A stretch of DNA of 64,000 nucleotides from Spirochaetia bacterium (GTDB taxonomy: Bacteria; Spirochaetota; Spirochaetia; DSM-2461): positions 1,568,001-1,632,000 of the forward strand of contig OY764216.1 of NCBI GenBank assembly GCA_963668315.1, read 5' to 3'. Position 1 is the first letter of the stretch; every line of letters begins with the position of its first letter. The notes beneath the pieces are model-generated. The model did not search any database. It worked only from the letters and a program-made list of their open reading frames with translations, and had not been told where the DNA came from. The position numbers were made by a program, and so were the translations under genes. Below are positions 40,268 through 49,941 of the stretch, in pieces.

Positions 40268-40296
40268 ATTATGGGGTATCCCCGGTACCGTTTCAA
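40268..40296 (-). promoter_or_regulatory. sigma-70-like promoter, probably leaderless
   Basis: Minus strand TTGAAA-N17-CATAAT-N6-ATG(40261). Confidence 0.6.
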
Positions 40297-40392
40297 GGAT
40301 ATCATTGAGGCTGATTTTCTAAAAAGACGGGGGAAAATGGAAAATTAGTCATTCTTCCGGTAGAATATACAATAAATGCAGCAAGGACTCTT

Positions 40393-41778
40393 ATGGACTA
40401 TAAACGAGTAATAGACAAATTCCGCGAATTAGGACTCTTTATACAGGACCTTGAGGGAAAAAAGGCCTATCCCAGCAATATGTGGATAGATTGGGGCTAT
40501 ACCCCGGAAGATATGCATGAGTATGGCTTCCTCCACTTTGTTCATCCCGAGGACAGGGAGAAGGTCCGGAACGCGGTGGACGGCTTCCATCAGAACAAGG
40601 ACCATTTCTCCCGTATCGTTTTCCGCATCAGAGACAAGCGGGGAGAGTGGCACTGGATCCTCTCCTCCAGTCTCGCCGTGGAGAGGGATGAGAACGGCAG
40701 AGTTCTTCAGTATGTGGGATTCGATCATGACATCACAGAGGAGATGGAGGCCAAGGCCCGGGCCGAGAAAGCTTTGAAGGAGGCCGAAACTCTTATCTCG
40801 GCCAACGAGGCGATAAATGCGCGGCTGGATCTTCCCCATACCATTTCGGCCATTCTTGAACAGGCCGTGAGGGTTCTCTCCTTCGACAGCTCGTCGGTTC
40901 AGTTACTGACCACAGGAGAGGACGGTTCGGAGGAGATGAAGATCGTCGGCGGCATCGGTTTTCCCGAAAATGTGGATATTATCGGAAAATCCTTTCCCCT
41001 CGCCAGCCGGACGCCTAATGGGAAGATTGTGAAAAATCAGAAACCCCTGACTCTCTGTTCAAAGGATCTGACCGACTATGCCGATTTTTTCCATAACGTC
41101 TTTACCGATATTCATTGCTGGATGGGGGTACCCCTTATCAGTAAAGAGAGGGTGCTGGGGATGATCTCCTTTGACCGTCTTGAAGAGAAGCCCTATTCCG
41201 ATGACGATCTGCGCCTGGCCCAGGCGTTTGCCGGGCAGGTGGCTATCGCTCTGGGCAATTCCCAGCTTTACGAAGAGACCAAGAAGCTGGCCATCACCGA
41301 CCCCCTTACGGGATGCTATACAAGACGCTGGATGTACTGCGAGCTGAAGCAGGAGTGCGAGAGTTCGGCAAGGCATAAGCAGGACCTTTCTCTTCTCCTT
41401 TTTGATATCGATGATTTCAAATTCGTGAATGATACCTATGGCCATCTGGTCGGGGATAAAGTTCTGGTCCGGGTCGTATCACTGGTGAAGAGGGTTCTGA
41501 GAACCTATGACCAGTTCTGCCGGATAGGGGGTGAGGAGTTCCTCATCATTCTGCCCCAGACGTCGGTGGACGATGCCGCAGAGGTGGCGGAACGCATAAG
41601 AGAGCTGGTTGCCCGGGAGTCGGCGGGGGATATTCTGGCAAATCCCGTCACCATCAGTCTGGGCTGTGCCCAGCTCAGAGCATCCGACAAGAACGGGATC
41701 GAAGATCTGATAGGCCGAACCGACCGGGCGATGTACCGGGCCAAAAGAGCGGGAAAAAACCGCGTATCCAAACTGTAG
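40393..41778 (+). CDS. PAS-GAF-GGDEF diguanylate cyclase
   Basis: VHPED PAS; GAF; DIDDFKFVNDTYGH; RTYD I-site; GGEEF active site. Confidence 0.94.
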   Translation: MDYKRVIDKFRELGLFIQDLEGKKAYPSNMWIDWGYTPEDMHEYGFLHFVHPEDREKVRNAVDGFHQNKDHFSRIVFRIRDKRGEWHWILSSSLAVERDENGRVLQYVGFDHDITEEMEAKARAEKALKEAETLISANEAINARLDLPHTISAILEQAVRVLSFDSSSVQLLTTGEDGSEEMKIVGGIGFPENVDIIGKSFPLASRTPNGKIVKNQKPLTLCSKDLTDYADFFHNVFTDIHCWMGVPLISKERVLGMISFDRLEEKPYSDDDLRLAQAFAGQVAIALGNSQLYEETKKLAITDPLTGCYTRRWMYCELKQECESSARHKQDLSLLLFDIDDFKFVNDTYGHLVGDKVLVRVVSLVKRVLRTYDQFCRIGGEEFLIILPQTSVDDAAEVAERIRELVARESAGDILANPVTISLGCAQLRASDKNGIEDLIGRTDRAMYRAKRAGKNRVSKL

Positions 41779-41786
41779 GAGTTAAA

Positions 41787-42518
41787 ATGAATCCCATTCT
41801 GGAAAGTCTGTTCTCAAGAAAATCCGTCAGGTCCTTTACGGACAGAGCGATTGGCATGGAAGAGAAGAACCTGATACTCGAGGCCGCCCTGCAGGCTCCC
41901 ACCGCCGGAAATCAGGTGATGTACACCATCCTGGATATTCAGGACAGGGCAATCAAGGAAACCCTGGCCGAGACCTGTGATCATCAGCCCTTCATTGCCG
42001 AGGCGCCCATGGTGCTGATTTTTCTGGCCGACTGCCGCCGCTGGTACGACTGCTACCGCTATGCCGGCGCCGAGGCGAGGGAACCGGGTCCGGGGGACCT
42101 GCTCCTGGCCTGCGAAGACGCCCTCATCGCCGCGCAGAATACGGTTGTCGCCGCCGAGTCCCTGGGCATCGGTTCCTGTTATATCGGGGATATTATGGAG
42201 AACCGGGAGAGACACAGGGAGCTTCTGAATCTGGATGACTATGTTTATCCCGCGGCTATGCTGGTTTACGGCTACCCCACGGAGCAGCAGATAAACCGCA
42301 GCAAGCCGGTCCGTTTCAATAAGGACTATATCGTGCGGAAAGACCGCTACTCTTCCCTGTCGGAAAAGGAGGCCCGTGACATGTTCGCCGAACAGCGTGG
42401 CAAGGATGATTTCGACGAATTCATCAACGCCTTCTGCCGGAGAAAATACATGTCCGATTTCTCCCGGGAGATGAACCGGTCCGCCGCTGATTATCTGAAA
42501 ATTTTCACAAAAGAATAA
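41787..42518 (+). CDS. Nitroreductase family protein (NfsA-like)
   Basis: RKSVRSF, APTAGNQ, AQNTVVAAESLGIGSCYIG. Confidence 0.92.
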   Translation: MNPILESLFSRKSVRSFTDRAIGMEEKNLILEAALQAPTAGNQVMYTILDIQDRAIKETLAETCDHQPFIAEAPMVLIFLADCRRWYDCYRYAGAEAREPGPGDLLLACEDALIAAQNTVVAAESLGIGSCYIGDIMENRERHRELLNLDDYVYPAAMLVYGYPTEQQINRSKPVRFNKDYIVRKDRYSSLSEKEARDMFAEQRGKDDFDEFINAFCRRKYMSDFSREMNRSAADYLKIFTKE

Positions 42519-43137
42519 AGGCTGCCGATGAAGCAGTCAGCAATCCCAGAAGAAGGTTGACCGGCTTGCCCCATTTGCCCGTCCCGAATTTCCCCAGGGC
42601 CGTGCCAAGGGCCGCCCAGAGCGAGATGGAGAGAGGGGCTATGAGGGCGAAGGTCAGGAATATAATCATGACTGACAAGGGGTAGTCCCCGCCGGGAAGG
42701 GAGTAGACCGATACGGCCGACAGAGTCGTTATGTAAACCTTGGGATTCAGGTACTGAAACAGAAATCCCTCGGAAAAACGGGGCTTCCCGCCGGAAAGGG
42801 ACTCAGGGGAAGACGGACGTCCCGGGGTGTTCTCCTTCCCCTTGTCCTCCTTTTTGATTACCGAGAGCAGGATCTTCCCTGCCAGGTAGAGAATATAGGA
42901 CGCTCCCGCCAGTTTCAGACCCTTCTGGAGAAGGGGAAATTCCTCGAAAAGCCAGCCGAGGCCCAGTGCGCTCAGACAGATCAGGCTTAGTATTCCCGCC
43001 ACGACACCAAGGAGAAAGGGCAGTGTCTTCCGGTAACCGTGGCGGGCGCCCAGCAGAGTCAGGAGCATGTTGTTGGGGCCGGGTGTGGCGGTCATGATGA
43101 CGGTAAAGATGAGAAAGGGAAAATAGTTCATATCCAT
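42505..43137 (-). CDS. LysE/RhtB family exporter
   Basis: TPGPNN, GASYILYLA, FQYLNPK; start MDMNYF after GGAGGT. Confidence 0.9.
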   Translation of the reverse strand: MDMNYFPFLIFTVIMTATPGPNNMLLTLLGARHGYRKTLPFLLGVVAGILSLICLSALGLGWLFEEFPLLQKGLKLAGASYILYLAGKILLSVIKKEDKGKENTPGRPSSPESLSGGKPRFSEGFLFQYLNPKVYITTLSAVSVYSLPGGDYPLSVMIIFLTFALIAPLSISLWAALGTALGKFGTGKWGKPVNLLLGLLTASSAAFILL

Positions 43138-43174
43138 GGGAATTACCTCCGGATTTATTGTAGATAGGCCGAGG

Positions 43175-43217
43175 TAACCATAACAGATACAAATTATTGA
43201 TTTTATAACCATAACAG
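43175..43217. promoter_or_regulatory. Direct repeats, probable MocR-family operator
   Basis: TAACCATAACAG at 43175-43186 and 43206-43217 (31-bp period), between the divergent lysE-like and mocR-like genes. Confidence 0.75.
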
Positions 43218-43231
43218 TTTATGGTGGATCA

Positions 43232-44662
43232 ATGGAAAACCGTTTTCGCTATGAGCAGATATCCGATCATATCGTTGAAGCCGTTGAGCGGGGAAATCTT
43301 TCTCCCGGCAGCCGATTGCCCTCCCTGAGAAAAATGAGTGAGCGCTGGGATTGCGCCCTCTCGGTCGTCATGCAGGCCTACGGAGACCTGGAGATGAAGG
43401 GAATCATCCGGTCGGTGGAGAAATCCGGCTATTTTGTTAATTCACCGAGAGAAGCCCCCCTGGCGGAACAACAGACGGAAGCCTATCATCTCAAGCCGGA
43501 AGAGTCCCGTCCGCTGAGCATTATCGGCAAGGTGGTGGAAGCCAGTAACGACTCCTCGGTCATACCCCTGGGGGCGGGAATTCCCCACCACTCTCTGCTG
43601 CCCGTCAATGCGCTCAGACAGTCCCTCGCCCGTGCGGCAAGAGAGGAGCCCCTGCTCATCCAGAAGTATACCGATGAAGCGGGTTACCTGCCCCTGCGCC
43701 GGGAGATCGGCCAGCTGCTTTTTACCCGCGGCATCAATGCCGGCCCTGAGGATCTGATCATTACCAACGGCTGTACGGAAGCCCTTTCCCTGGCCCTGAG
43801 TGTTCTTACCGTGCCGGGGGAGCCGGTCGCCGTGGAGAGTCCCCAGTTCCTGGGTCAGGTGCAGATTCTGGGGGAACTGAAGCGCAGGGTCATACCCGTT
43901 CCCACCTCTCCGTCGGAGGGTATGGATCTGGACCGCCTGGAAGTCCTTCTCAAGGAGGGCCTGGTGAAGACGGTGATTATGACGGCGGTGCATCAGAATC
44001 CCCTGGGATTCGTCATGCCTCCCGAAAACAGGAAACGGGCTGTTTCCCTGGCCGAGAAGTACGATGCCCATATCATAGAAGACGATATGTACAGCGAATG
44101 TTCCCATGACCACGAGATCCGGCGGCCCCTTAAAAGCTACGACCGGAGCGGCCGGGTTCTCTACTGCTCCTCCTTTTCAAAGACAATCAGTCCCGGCTTC
44201 CGCATCGGGTGGCTTATGGGAGGCCCCTTCGGAAGGGCCTGCGCCAATCTCAAGATGACCCAGACCCTGGGGGGAAGTCTCCTTCTTCAGGCGGCCATGG
44301 CCGATTATCTGGGAAGGGGCACCTACGGCGGTCATCTGAAAAGGCTTCAGAGAAGCATTTTCCTCCAGTCCTGCCAGCTCAAGTCATTGATCCTGGAATC
44401 CTTCCCTTCCGGCACGACCATCTCTTCTCCCGGCGGCGGATATTACTTCTGGATACGCCTGCCCGGAAACAAGGGCGGGCTGGAGCTGTTCAGGGAAGCC
44501 CTGGACCACCGAATCGGTATCGTACCCGGGGAGGCCTTCTCCACGGGAGGCCGGTACGGCGACTGCATCAGAGTCAGTTTCGGCTCACCCGTGACCGGGG
44601 AAACCAGCCGTGCCGTCGCCCTTCTGGGACGTCTCGCCCAGGGCGGAATTTCCCCCCTCTAA
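43232..44662 (+). CDS. MocR/GntR-family PLP-dependent transcriptional regulator
   Basis: GntR HTH (RLPSLR...AYGDLE..G); aminotransferase-like domain with IEDD and SFSKTISPGFRIGW. Confidence 0.95.
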   Translation: MENRFRYEQISDHIVEAVERGNLSPGSRLPSLRKMSERWDCALSVVMQAYGDLEMKGIIRSVEKSGYFVNSPREAPLAEQQTEAYHLKPEESRPLSIIGKVVEASNDSSVIPLGAGIPHHSLLPVNALRQSLARAAREEPLLIQKYTDEAGYLPLRREIGQLLFTRGINAGPEDLIITNGCTEALSLALSVLTVPGEPVAVESPQFLGQVQILGELKRRVIPVPTSPSEGMDLDRLEVLLKEGLVKTVIMTAVHQNPLGFVMPPENRKRAVSLAEKYDAHIIEDDMYSECSHDHEIRRPLKSYDRSGRVLYCSSFSKTISPGFRIGWLMGGPFGRACANLKMTQTLGGSLLLQAAMADYLGRGTYGGHLKRLQRSIFLQSCQLKSLILESFPSGTTISSPGGGYYFWIRLPGNKGGLELFREALDHRIGIVPGEAFSTGGRYGDCIRVSFGSPVTGETSRAVALLGRLAQGGISPL

Positions 44663-44738
44663 TTTTAAACTTTCATTTGCTATCGTCCGGAATATGACTT
44701 ATATTTGAAATAGTTTCCCGACAGATAAGAAGGTACGA

Positions 44739-46355
44739 ATGGGCAGGGGTCGTAATAAAGAGGGTATCGATACGGAACAACTTGATGGCTATATGGCTGA
44801 ATTGGAAGAAGCCCGGCGTGATCTGGAAAACCGTGAGGAAAATCTTCGCCGAACTATTAACCTCATCGGCTATGCCGTCATCTACGGAGACGGGGAAGGC
44901 CGGATAACCGGAATGAACCACATTGCCCAGTCCCTCGTGGAAGCCCTCCCCGACGAGTGCGAAGGAAAGGCCCTGGACGAGGTGCTCACCTTCTATTCCC
45001 AGCCTGCGGGATTGAAAATCCCCGGTCCTTTTTCCCGTGTCCTTGAAACAGGCCAGGTGCTGATTGCCGATGAGACCGTGCTCCTGACCAACGGAAAGGG
45101 ACGGGAGTATCATATCGAATACTCCGCCGCTCCCAACAAATACAACGAAAATGATGAGATTGAGGGCATGGTTCTTGTCGTTCGGGATATAACGGAACAG
45201 TACCGCCGCCATGAGCAGATAGGCCAGATCCAGAAAATGGATGTGGTAGGTCAGCTGGCGGGAGGGATCGCCCATGACTTCAACAACATGCTGGGAGGAA
45301 TTCTGGGAGCCGCCGAGCTTCTCCAGAAAAGGATAGGCGACGATGAGAAAAGCCGGGAGTACTGCGAGATCATAATAAACGCCACGGGACGTGCCGCCGA
45401 GCTGACCCAGGAGCTGGTCTCCTTTGCCACACAGCAGCGCTCCTCATCCTCCCACCTGGATATTCACAGAACCGTGGAGGATGCCGTCAAGATACTCAAG
45501 GGGACGATAGATCCCCGGGTGGAGATCAAGCTGGATTTCAAGGCCGACCGCTCTGTCGTGGAGGGAAATCCGTCACAGCTTCAGAACGTCATCGTCAATC
45601 TGGGAACGAACGCCTATCATGCCATGCCGGCGGGAGGAACTTTCACCATATCCACGTCCCTCGTTGAACTGAACGGAAACGAATCGGAGGAAAATACTTT
45701 CTCCCTGAATCCCGGGACCTATATCGCCCTGGACTTTACCGACACGGGCTGCGGAATCCCCCCCCATCTGCTATCCAAGATCTTCGAACCCTTCTTCACC
45801 ACCAAGGACAAGATAAAGGGAACCGGCCTGGGTTTGGCCGCCGCCTACGGCATAATCAAGCATCACGGGGGAGCCATTGATGTGAAGAGCCACGTGGGAA
45901 AGGGAACAACCTTCCGCATCCTGCTGCCCCTGGAAAGCCGCGGTACGGCGGAGTCGGGCATACCCTCTTCCGATCTGATTCACGGGAAAGGGCATATTCT
46001 TGTCGTTGATGACGAGTTCATCATGAGAATGACCGCCAAAAACATACTGGAAGAGCTGGGATACGAGGTCACTCTGGTGGAGAACGGCCGAGACGCCGTC
46101 AATCTCTTCAGCGCCTACGGGGATAATTTTGATCTGGTTCTGCTTGATATGATTATGCCCATCATGGACGGAAAAGACTGTTTCGACAGGCTGATAGATA
46201 TCAAGCCGGAGGTCAAAGTCATACTTTCCACCGGTCTGACCGGCGGGGGAGTCATAGACGAGATGAAGCAGAAAGGGCTGAAGGGATTCATCAGCAAGCC
46301 CTATTTGAGCTATGAACTGAGTCAGGTCGTTCATAAGGTCATAACGGGTAAATAA
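44739..46355 (+). CDS. Cytoplasmic hybrid histidine kinase (PAS-HK-REC)
   Basis: GGIAHDFNN; FTTK...GTGLGL; REC (LVVDDE, LDMIMP). Confidence 0.93.
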   Translation: MGRGRNKEGIDTEQLDGYMAELEEARRDLENREENLRRTINLIGYAVIYGDGEGRITGMNHIAQSLVEALPDECEGKALDEVLTFYSQPAGLKIPGPFSRVLETGQVLIADETVLLTNGKGREYHIEYSAAPNKYNENDEIEGMVLVVRDITEQYRRHEQIGQIQKMDVVGQLAGGIAHDFNNMLGGILGAAELLQKRIGDDEKSREYCEIIINATGRAAELTQELVSFATQQRSSSSHLDIHRTVEDAVKILKGTIDPRVEIKLDFKADRSVVEGNPSQLQNVIVNLGTNAYHAMPAGGTFTISTSLVELNGNESEENTFSLNPGTYIALDFTDTGCGIPPHLLSKIFEPFFTTKDKIKGTGLGLAAAYGIIKHHGGAIDVKSHVGKGTTFRILLPLESRGTAESGIPSSDLIHGKGHILVVDDEFIMRMTAKNILEELGYEVTLVENGRDAVNLFSAYGDNFDLVLLDMIMPIMDGKDCFDRLIDIKPEVKVILSTGLTGGGVIDEMKQKGLKGFISKPYLSYELSQVVHKVITGK

Positions 46356-46381
46356 TACCCCATGGAAAAATACGGATAACA

Positions 46382-46390
46382 TGGTATAAT
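46382..46390 (+). promoter_or_regulatory. Extended -10 promoter, probably leaderless
   Basis: TGgTATAAT-N6-ATG(46397); no Shine-Dalgarno. Confidence 0.65.
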
Positions 46391-46396
46391 GTTGCT

Positions 46397-46588
46397 ATGG
46401 ATAATGTGGAAGATCTGATTGGCGGTAAAATCGGCGAAGGATTGATGAAGATGGGGGAAATGACCTCTCTTCAAGTCGATGATGTTCTGATAAGGCAGGA
46501 ACGGGGAGATAAACGGCTCTTCGGTGAGATTGCCGTGGACCTGGGCTACATCGATCTGGACACGGTTATCCGCTATCTCGAACAGTAG
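46397..46588 (+). CDS. Stand-alone MshEN-like protein (candidate c-di-GMP receptor)
   Basis: 63 aa with two tandem motifs, KIGEGLMKMGEMTSLQVDDVLIRQ and (R)LFGEIAVDLGYIDLDTVIRYLEQ, resembling RLGxxLLxxGLIxxxxLxxxLxxQ. Confidence 0.72.
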   Translation: MDNVEDLIGGKIGEGLMKMGEMTSLQVDDVLIRQERGDKRLFGEIAVDLGYIDLDTVIRYLEQ

Positions 46589-46594
46589 GAATAT

Positions 46595-47959
46595 ATGGCC
46601 CTTTTTGTAAATAGACTTCTCAATATGAAAAAAATCAAAGTCATCGGCTTTGATATGGATTATACGCTTGTCCGGTACCATGCGGACAAATTCGAAGAAT
46701 TGACCCACACCCTGGCTCTGAAAAAGCTTCATTCATCCTATGGATATCCGAAGGAAGTGACAAATCTCAACTTCGACTACCGACGTTCCATCGGGGGCCT
46801 TGTCATTGACAGGGGTAACGGGAACATCCTTAAGCTGAGCCGGTTCGGCAAAGTGAAAATCTCCTTCAACGGTCTGGATCAGATAGGGTTCCGGGAGCAG
46901 TCGGAACAGTACGGGGACCTGGCCGTGGATATCGGCAGTCCCCGGTTCAAGAGTCTGGATACGGCTTTTGCCATCTCCCAGGGGGTTCTTTTTTCCCAGC
47001 TGGTGCAGCTGAAGAAGGAAGGGGCGTCCCTGCCCGATTTCAACCCGCTGGCCGATGATATTCAGAGCGCCGTCAATGATGTGCATCAGGACGGTTCCCT
47101 CAAGGGGATTGTCATCTCCCAGTTTGATAAATACGTCATAGCCGATCCCAAGGTCGCCCGGATGCTTGAGCGCTACAAGAATTACGGGAAGAAGCTCATG
47201 ATCATCACCAATTCGGACTACCTCTACACGAAAAAGCTGCTGGATTATGCCCTGAATCCCTATCTGAAGGAACATACATCCTGGGAAGAGGTCTTTACCG
47301 TCGTCGTTACCCAGGCGGATAAGCCTGCCTTCTTTCAGGGGAAGACGCGTTTTTTGAAGATTATCAACGAGAAGGGCGACATGGAGAATTATCTGGGCTC
47401 CGTGGCGGAAGGTATTTATCAGGGAGGTTGGTTCGGCCAGCTCCAGCAGGATCTGGGCGTCCAGGGTGGGGAGATTCTCTATCTGGGGGATCATATCTAC
47501 GGGGACGTGGTCTCCATTAAGAAAACCTGCGGCTGGAGAACGGCTCTGGTCCTTGATGATCTGGAAGAGGAGATGAAGAGCCTTTCCGAAGCGGGCCCCC
47601 TCCAGGATGAGATAGACGGTCTGATGGAGAGGAAAAACGGTCTGGAGAAGGAGATCAACCGCATCGATCTGCTCTATCACGAAGGCAAGAAAACGGACAA
47701 GAAGAAGCTGGACGAGCTTTTTGAAGAGACGGATAAGCTGAATATGCGCATTTCGGAGCTTCTGAATACCTACAAGAACTACTTCAATCCTTTCTGGGGA
47801 GAGGTGCTCCGGGCGGGGAGCGACGAGAGCCGTTTCGCCGATCAGATGGAGAGGTATGCCTGTATCTACATGACCCGGGTGTCCGATCTTTACGATTATT
47901 CTCCCAAGACCTACTTCAGACCCCAGAGGCGTATCATGCCCCACGAGATGAAAGATTAG
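46595..47959 (+). CDS. HAD-IG family cytosolic 5'-nucleotidase (cN-II type)
   Basis: HAD motif I GFDMDYTL; ITNS; KP.FF; GDHIYGDV; GWRT; RYACIY. Confidence 0.92.
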   Translation: MALFVNRLLNMKKIKVIGFDMDYTLVRYHADKFEELTHTLALKKLHSSYGYPKEVTNLNFDYRRSIGGLVIDRGNGNILKLSRFGKVKISFNGLDQIGFREQSEQYGDLAVDIGSPRFKSLDTAFAISQGVLFSQLVQLKKEGASLPDFNPLADDIQSAVNDVHQDGSLKGIVISQFDKYVIADPKVARMLERYKNYGKKLMIITNSDYLYTKKLLDYALNPYLKEHTSWEEVFTVVVTQADKPAFFQGKTRFLKIINEKGDMENYLGSVAEGIYQGGWFGQLQQDLGVQGGEILYLGDHIYGDVVSIKKTCGWRTALVLDDLEEEMKSLSEAGPLQDEIDGLMERKNGLEKEINRIDLLYHEGKKTDKKKLDELFEETDKLNMRISELLNTYKNYFNPFWGEVLRAGSDESRFADQMERYACIYMTRVSDLYDYSPKTYFRPQRRIMPHEMKD

Positions 47960-47966
47960 TAAAAGC

Positions 47967-47995
47967 TTGTTCTCCCCGCGGCAGTAAGGTATAAT
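47967..47995 (+). promoter_or_regulatory. sigma-70-like promoter for the EAL gene
   Basis: TTGTTC-N17-TATAAT followed by a GGAGGAG SD. Confidence 0.55.
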
Positions 47996-48012
47996 GCGGG
48001 GAGGAGCCGTTC

Positions 48013-49917
48013 ATGAAGCTTAACAAAGTACCCGTTATTATTGTTATTCTCTTCTATCTGCTGATTGTGCTTCCCGTTATTCTCATCCAGTTTTTCCATC
48101 TGAGAAAGGCCGTTCTGGACGGATTGAACCGGGATCTCTACCTGGCCGCCCGGGATATGGGGCAAATACTGGATGATGATTTCTATGAGATGTGGAATAA
48201 AGACAACCCTCTGCCCCCCGGTGTGTATGAACGGATAAAGGAAGAACTCAACAGCTATGCCGATCATTTCGAGATTGAGTATGCCTATTCCATGGTCAAG
48301 GAGGGGGATACGGTCTATTTCGTGGTCAGCAACGAGACCGAAGAGGACATTCATCGGGGAACGCCCAGCCTCTTTTACAACCCCTATCCCGATCCGCCTG
48401 CCGACGTCCTCAAGGCATTTGAAACGGACGAGCCCTTTCTCAGCTCCTCCTATACGAATATATGGGACAGTTATTACTCCTTCTTTCTTCCCCGGAAAAC
48501 ATCTTCCGGGCTGACCTACGTCCTGGCGGCGGACGTCAAGCTCGATTTCAAAAGGAGCAAACTGAACAACAGCCTTGTCCTCCTGGCCGTCATGGTCTTT
48601 GTGATGCTGGCTTCCCTGCTTCCCATCTACCTCTTCTGGCTTTACCATTCCAGAAAGCAGGCCGAATCGCTCAGGGCCCAGCTGTTCACGGACAGGCTGA
48701 CGGGACTTCCCAACCGGGCCCGGTTCATGGAGGACTACGCCGGTTCGGGGGAGAGGCCGCTTTCCGCCGTTATGCTGGATATCGATTCTTTCAGCGATGT
48801 AAATAATCTCTTCGGCGGTTATGTGGGCGATATGGCCCTGGAATACGCGAGAGAGGTGATTCAGGACTGTGTAAAGGGAGCCTATCCCCTGTACAAGTTT
48901 CCCGCCGATGAGTATGTCCTTGTTCTCGAGGGGGTTTCCCGGCAGGAGGCGATCGGGCTGACGGAGCATATTATCTCCTCTTTTCGGAGGAGGAGCTTTA
49001 TAACCGAAGGACAGGGACTCTGCCTGAGCATGCGGGGGGGGATCAGCCTGGATTCTTCATCGAGAAAGGCTCTGCTCTCCTCCATGAATATAGCGAAGAA
49101 TCTGGCGAAGTATGAATACAGTGGCTATGTCGTCTACGAGGATTCCATGGACAGGGAGGAGTCGTATTCGAAGAATTTCTTCTGGCTGAACAGTCTTAAG
49201 GAAGCCCTTGAAGAGGATCGTATCGTTCCTTTCTATCAGCCCATTCAGGATAATGTCTCCGGGGAGATCAGCCGTTATGAGGCTCTGGTGCGCATGCTGG
49301 ACCGGGAGGGCCGCCCCATTCCCCCCAGCGATTTTCTTTCCGTGGCCATGAGAAGCAAACTTTACAGGGAACTGACAGAGGTCATGGTACGCAAGTCCCT
49401 GAGTGACTTCGCTCACAGGCCGGGACTTCTCTCCCTGAACTTTTCCACCCGTGATCTCCTGGATGAAGGGACCATGGACTACCTCTATTCCCAGGTCGAA
49501 GAGAAAAACATGAAGGGACGGGTGATTCTGGAGCTTCTCGAATCGGAATCGCTTTTTGATATTCCCGACTTATCGGAAAGACTGGAAAAATGCCGTGACA
49601 GGGGCGTTCTGATTGCCATCGATGATTTCGGCAGCGGTTATTCCAATTTCAGCTATCTGTCCAAAATCCCCCTCCATCTTCTGAAGATAGACGGTTCCCT
49701 TATCCGCGGGCTTCTCGCGGACAGTTTTTCCGAGGCGGTTGTTACGGCGATCGCCGCCTTTTCAAGGGATCTGAAAATCCCCCTGGTAGCGGAATATGTG
49801 GAGGACGAGGTTACCCGGCAGAAGCTTTCGGCCATGGGCATCGCCTATTCCCAGGGGTACCATATCGGCCGCCCGGTTCCTGCGGAGGAGCTTTCACGTC
49901 CGAAGGTTTCTCACTGA
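48013..49917 (+). CDS. Membrane sensor + degenerate GGDEF + EAL phosphodiesterase
   Basis: Two TM segments; GGDEF position reads PADEY; YEALVR, ELLE, DDFGSGYSN, KIDGS and AEYVE motifs are intact. Confidence 0.92.
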   Translation: MKLNKVPVIIVILFYLLIVLPVILIQFFHLRKAVLDGLNRDLYLAARDMGQILDDDFYEMWNKDNPLPPGVYERIKEELNSYADHFEIEYAYSMVKEGDTVYFVVSNETEEDIHRGTPSLFYNPYPDPPADVLKAFETDEPFLSSSYTNIWDSYYSFFLPRKTSSGLTYVLAADVKLDFKRSKLNNSLVLLAVMVFVMLASLLPIYLFWLYHSRKQAESLRAQLFTDRLTGLPNRARFMEDYAGSGERPLSAVMLDIDSFSDVNNLFGGYVGDMALEYAREVIQDCVKGAYPLYKFPADEYVLVLEGVSRQEAIGLTEHIISSFRRRSFITEGQGLCLSMRGGISLDSSSRKALLSSMNIAKNLAKYEYSGYVVYEDSMDREESYSKNFFWLNSLKEALEEDRIVPFYQPIQDNVSGEISRYEALVRMLDREGRPIPPSDFLSVAMRSKLYRELTEVMVRKSLSDFAHRPGLLSLNFSTRDLLDEGTMDYLYSQVEEKNMKGRVILELLESESLFDIPDLSERLEKCRDRGVLIAIDDFGSGYSNFSYLSKIPLHLLKIDGSLIRGLLADSFSEAVVTAIAAFSRDLKIPLVAEYVEDEVTRQKLSAMGIAYSQGYHIGRPVPAEELSRPKVSH

Positions 49918-49941
49918 CCGGTAGGGACAGTTTTCCCCCTG

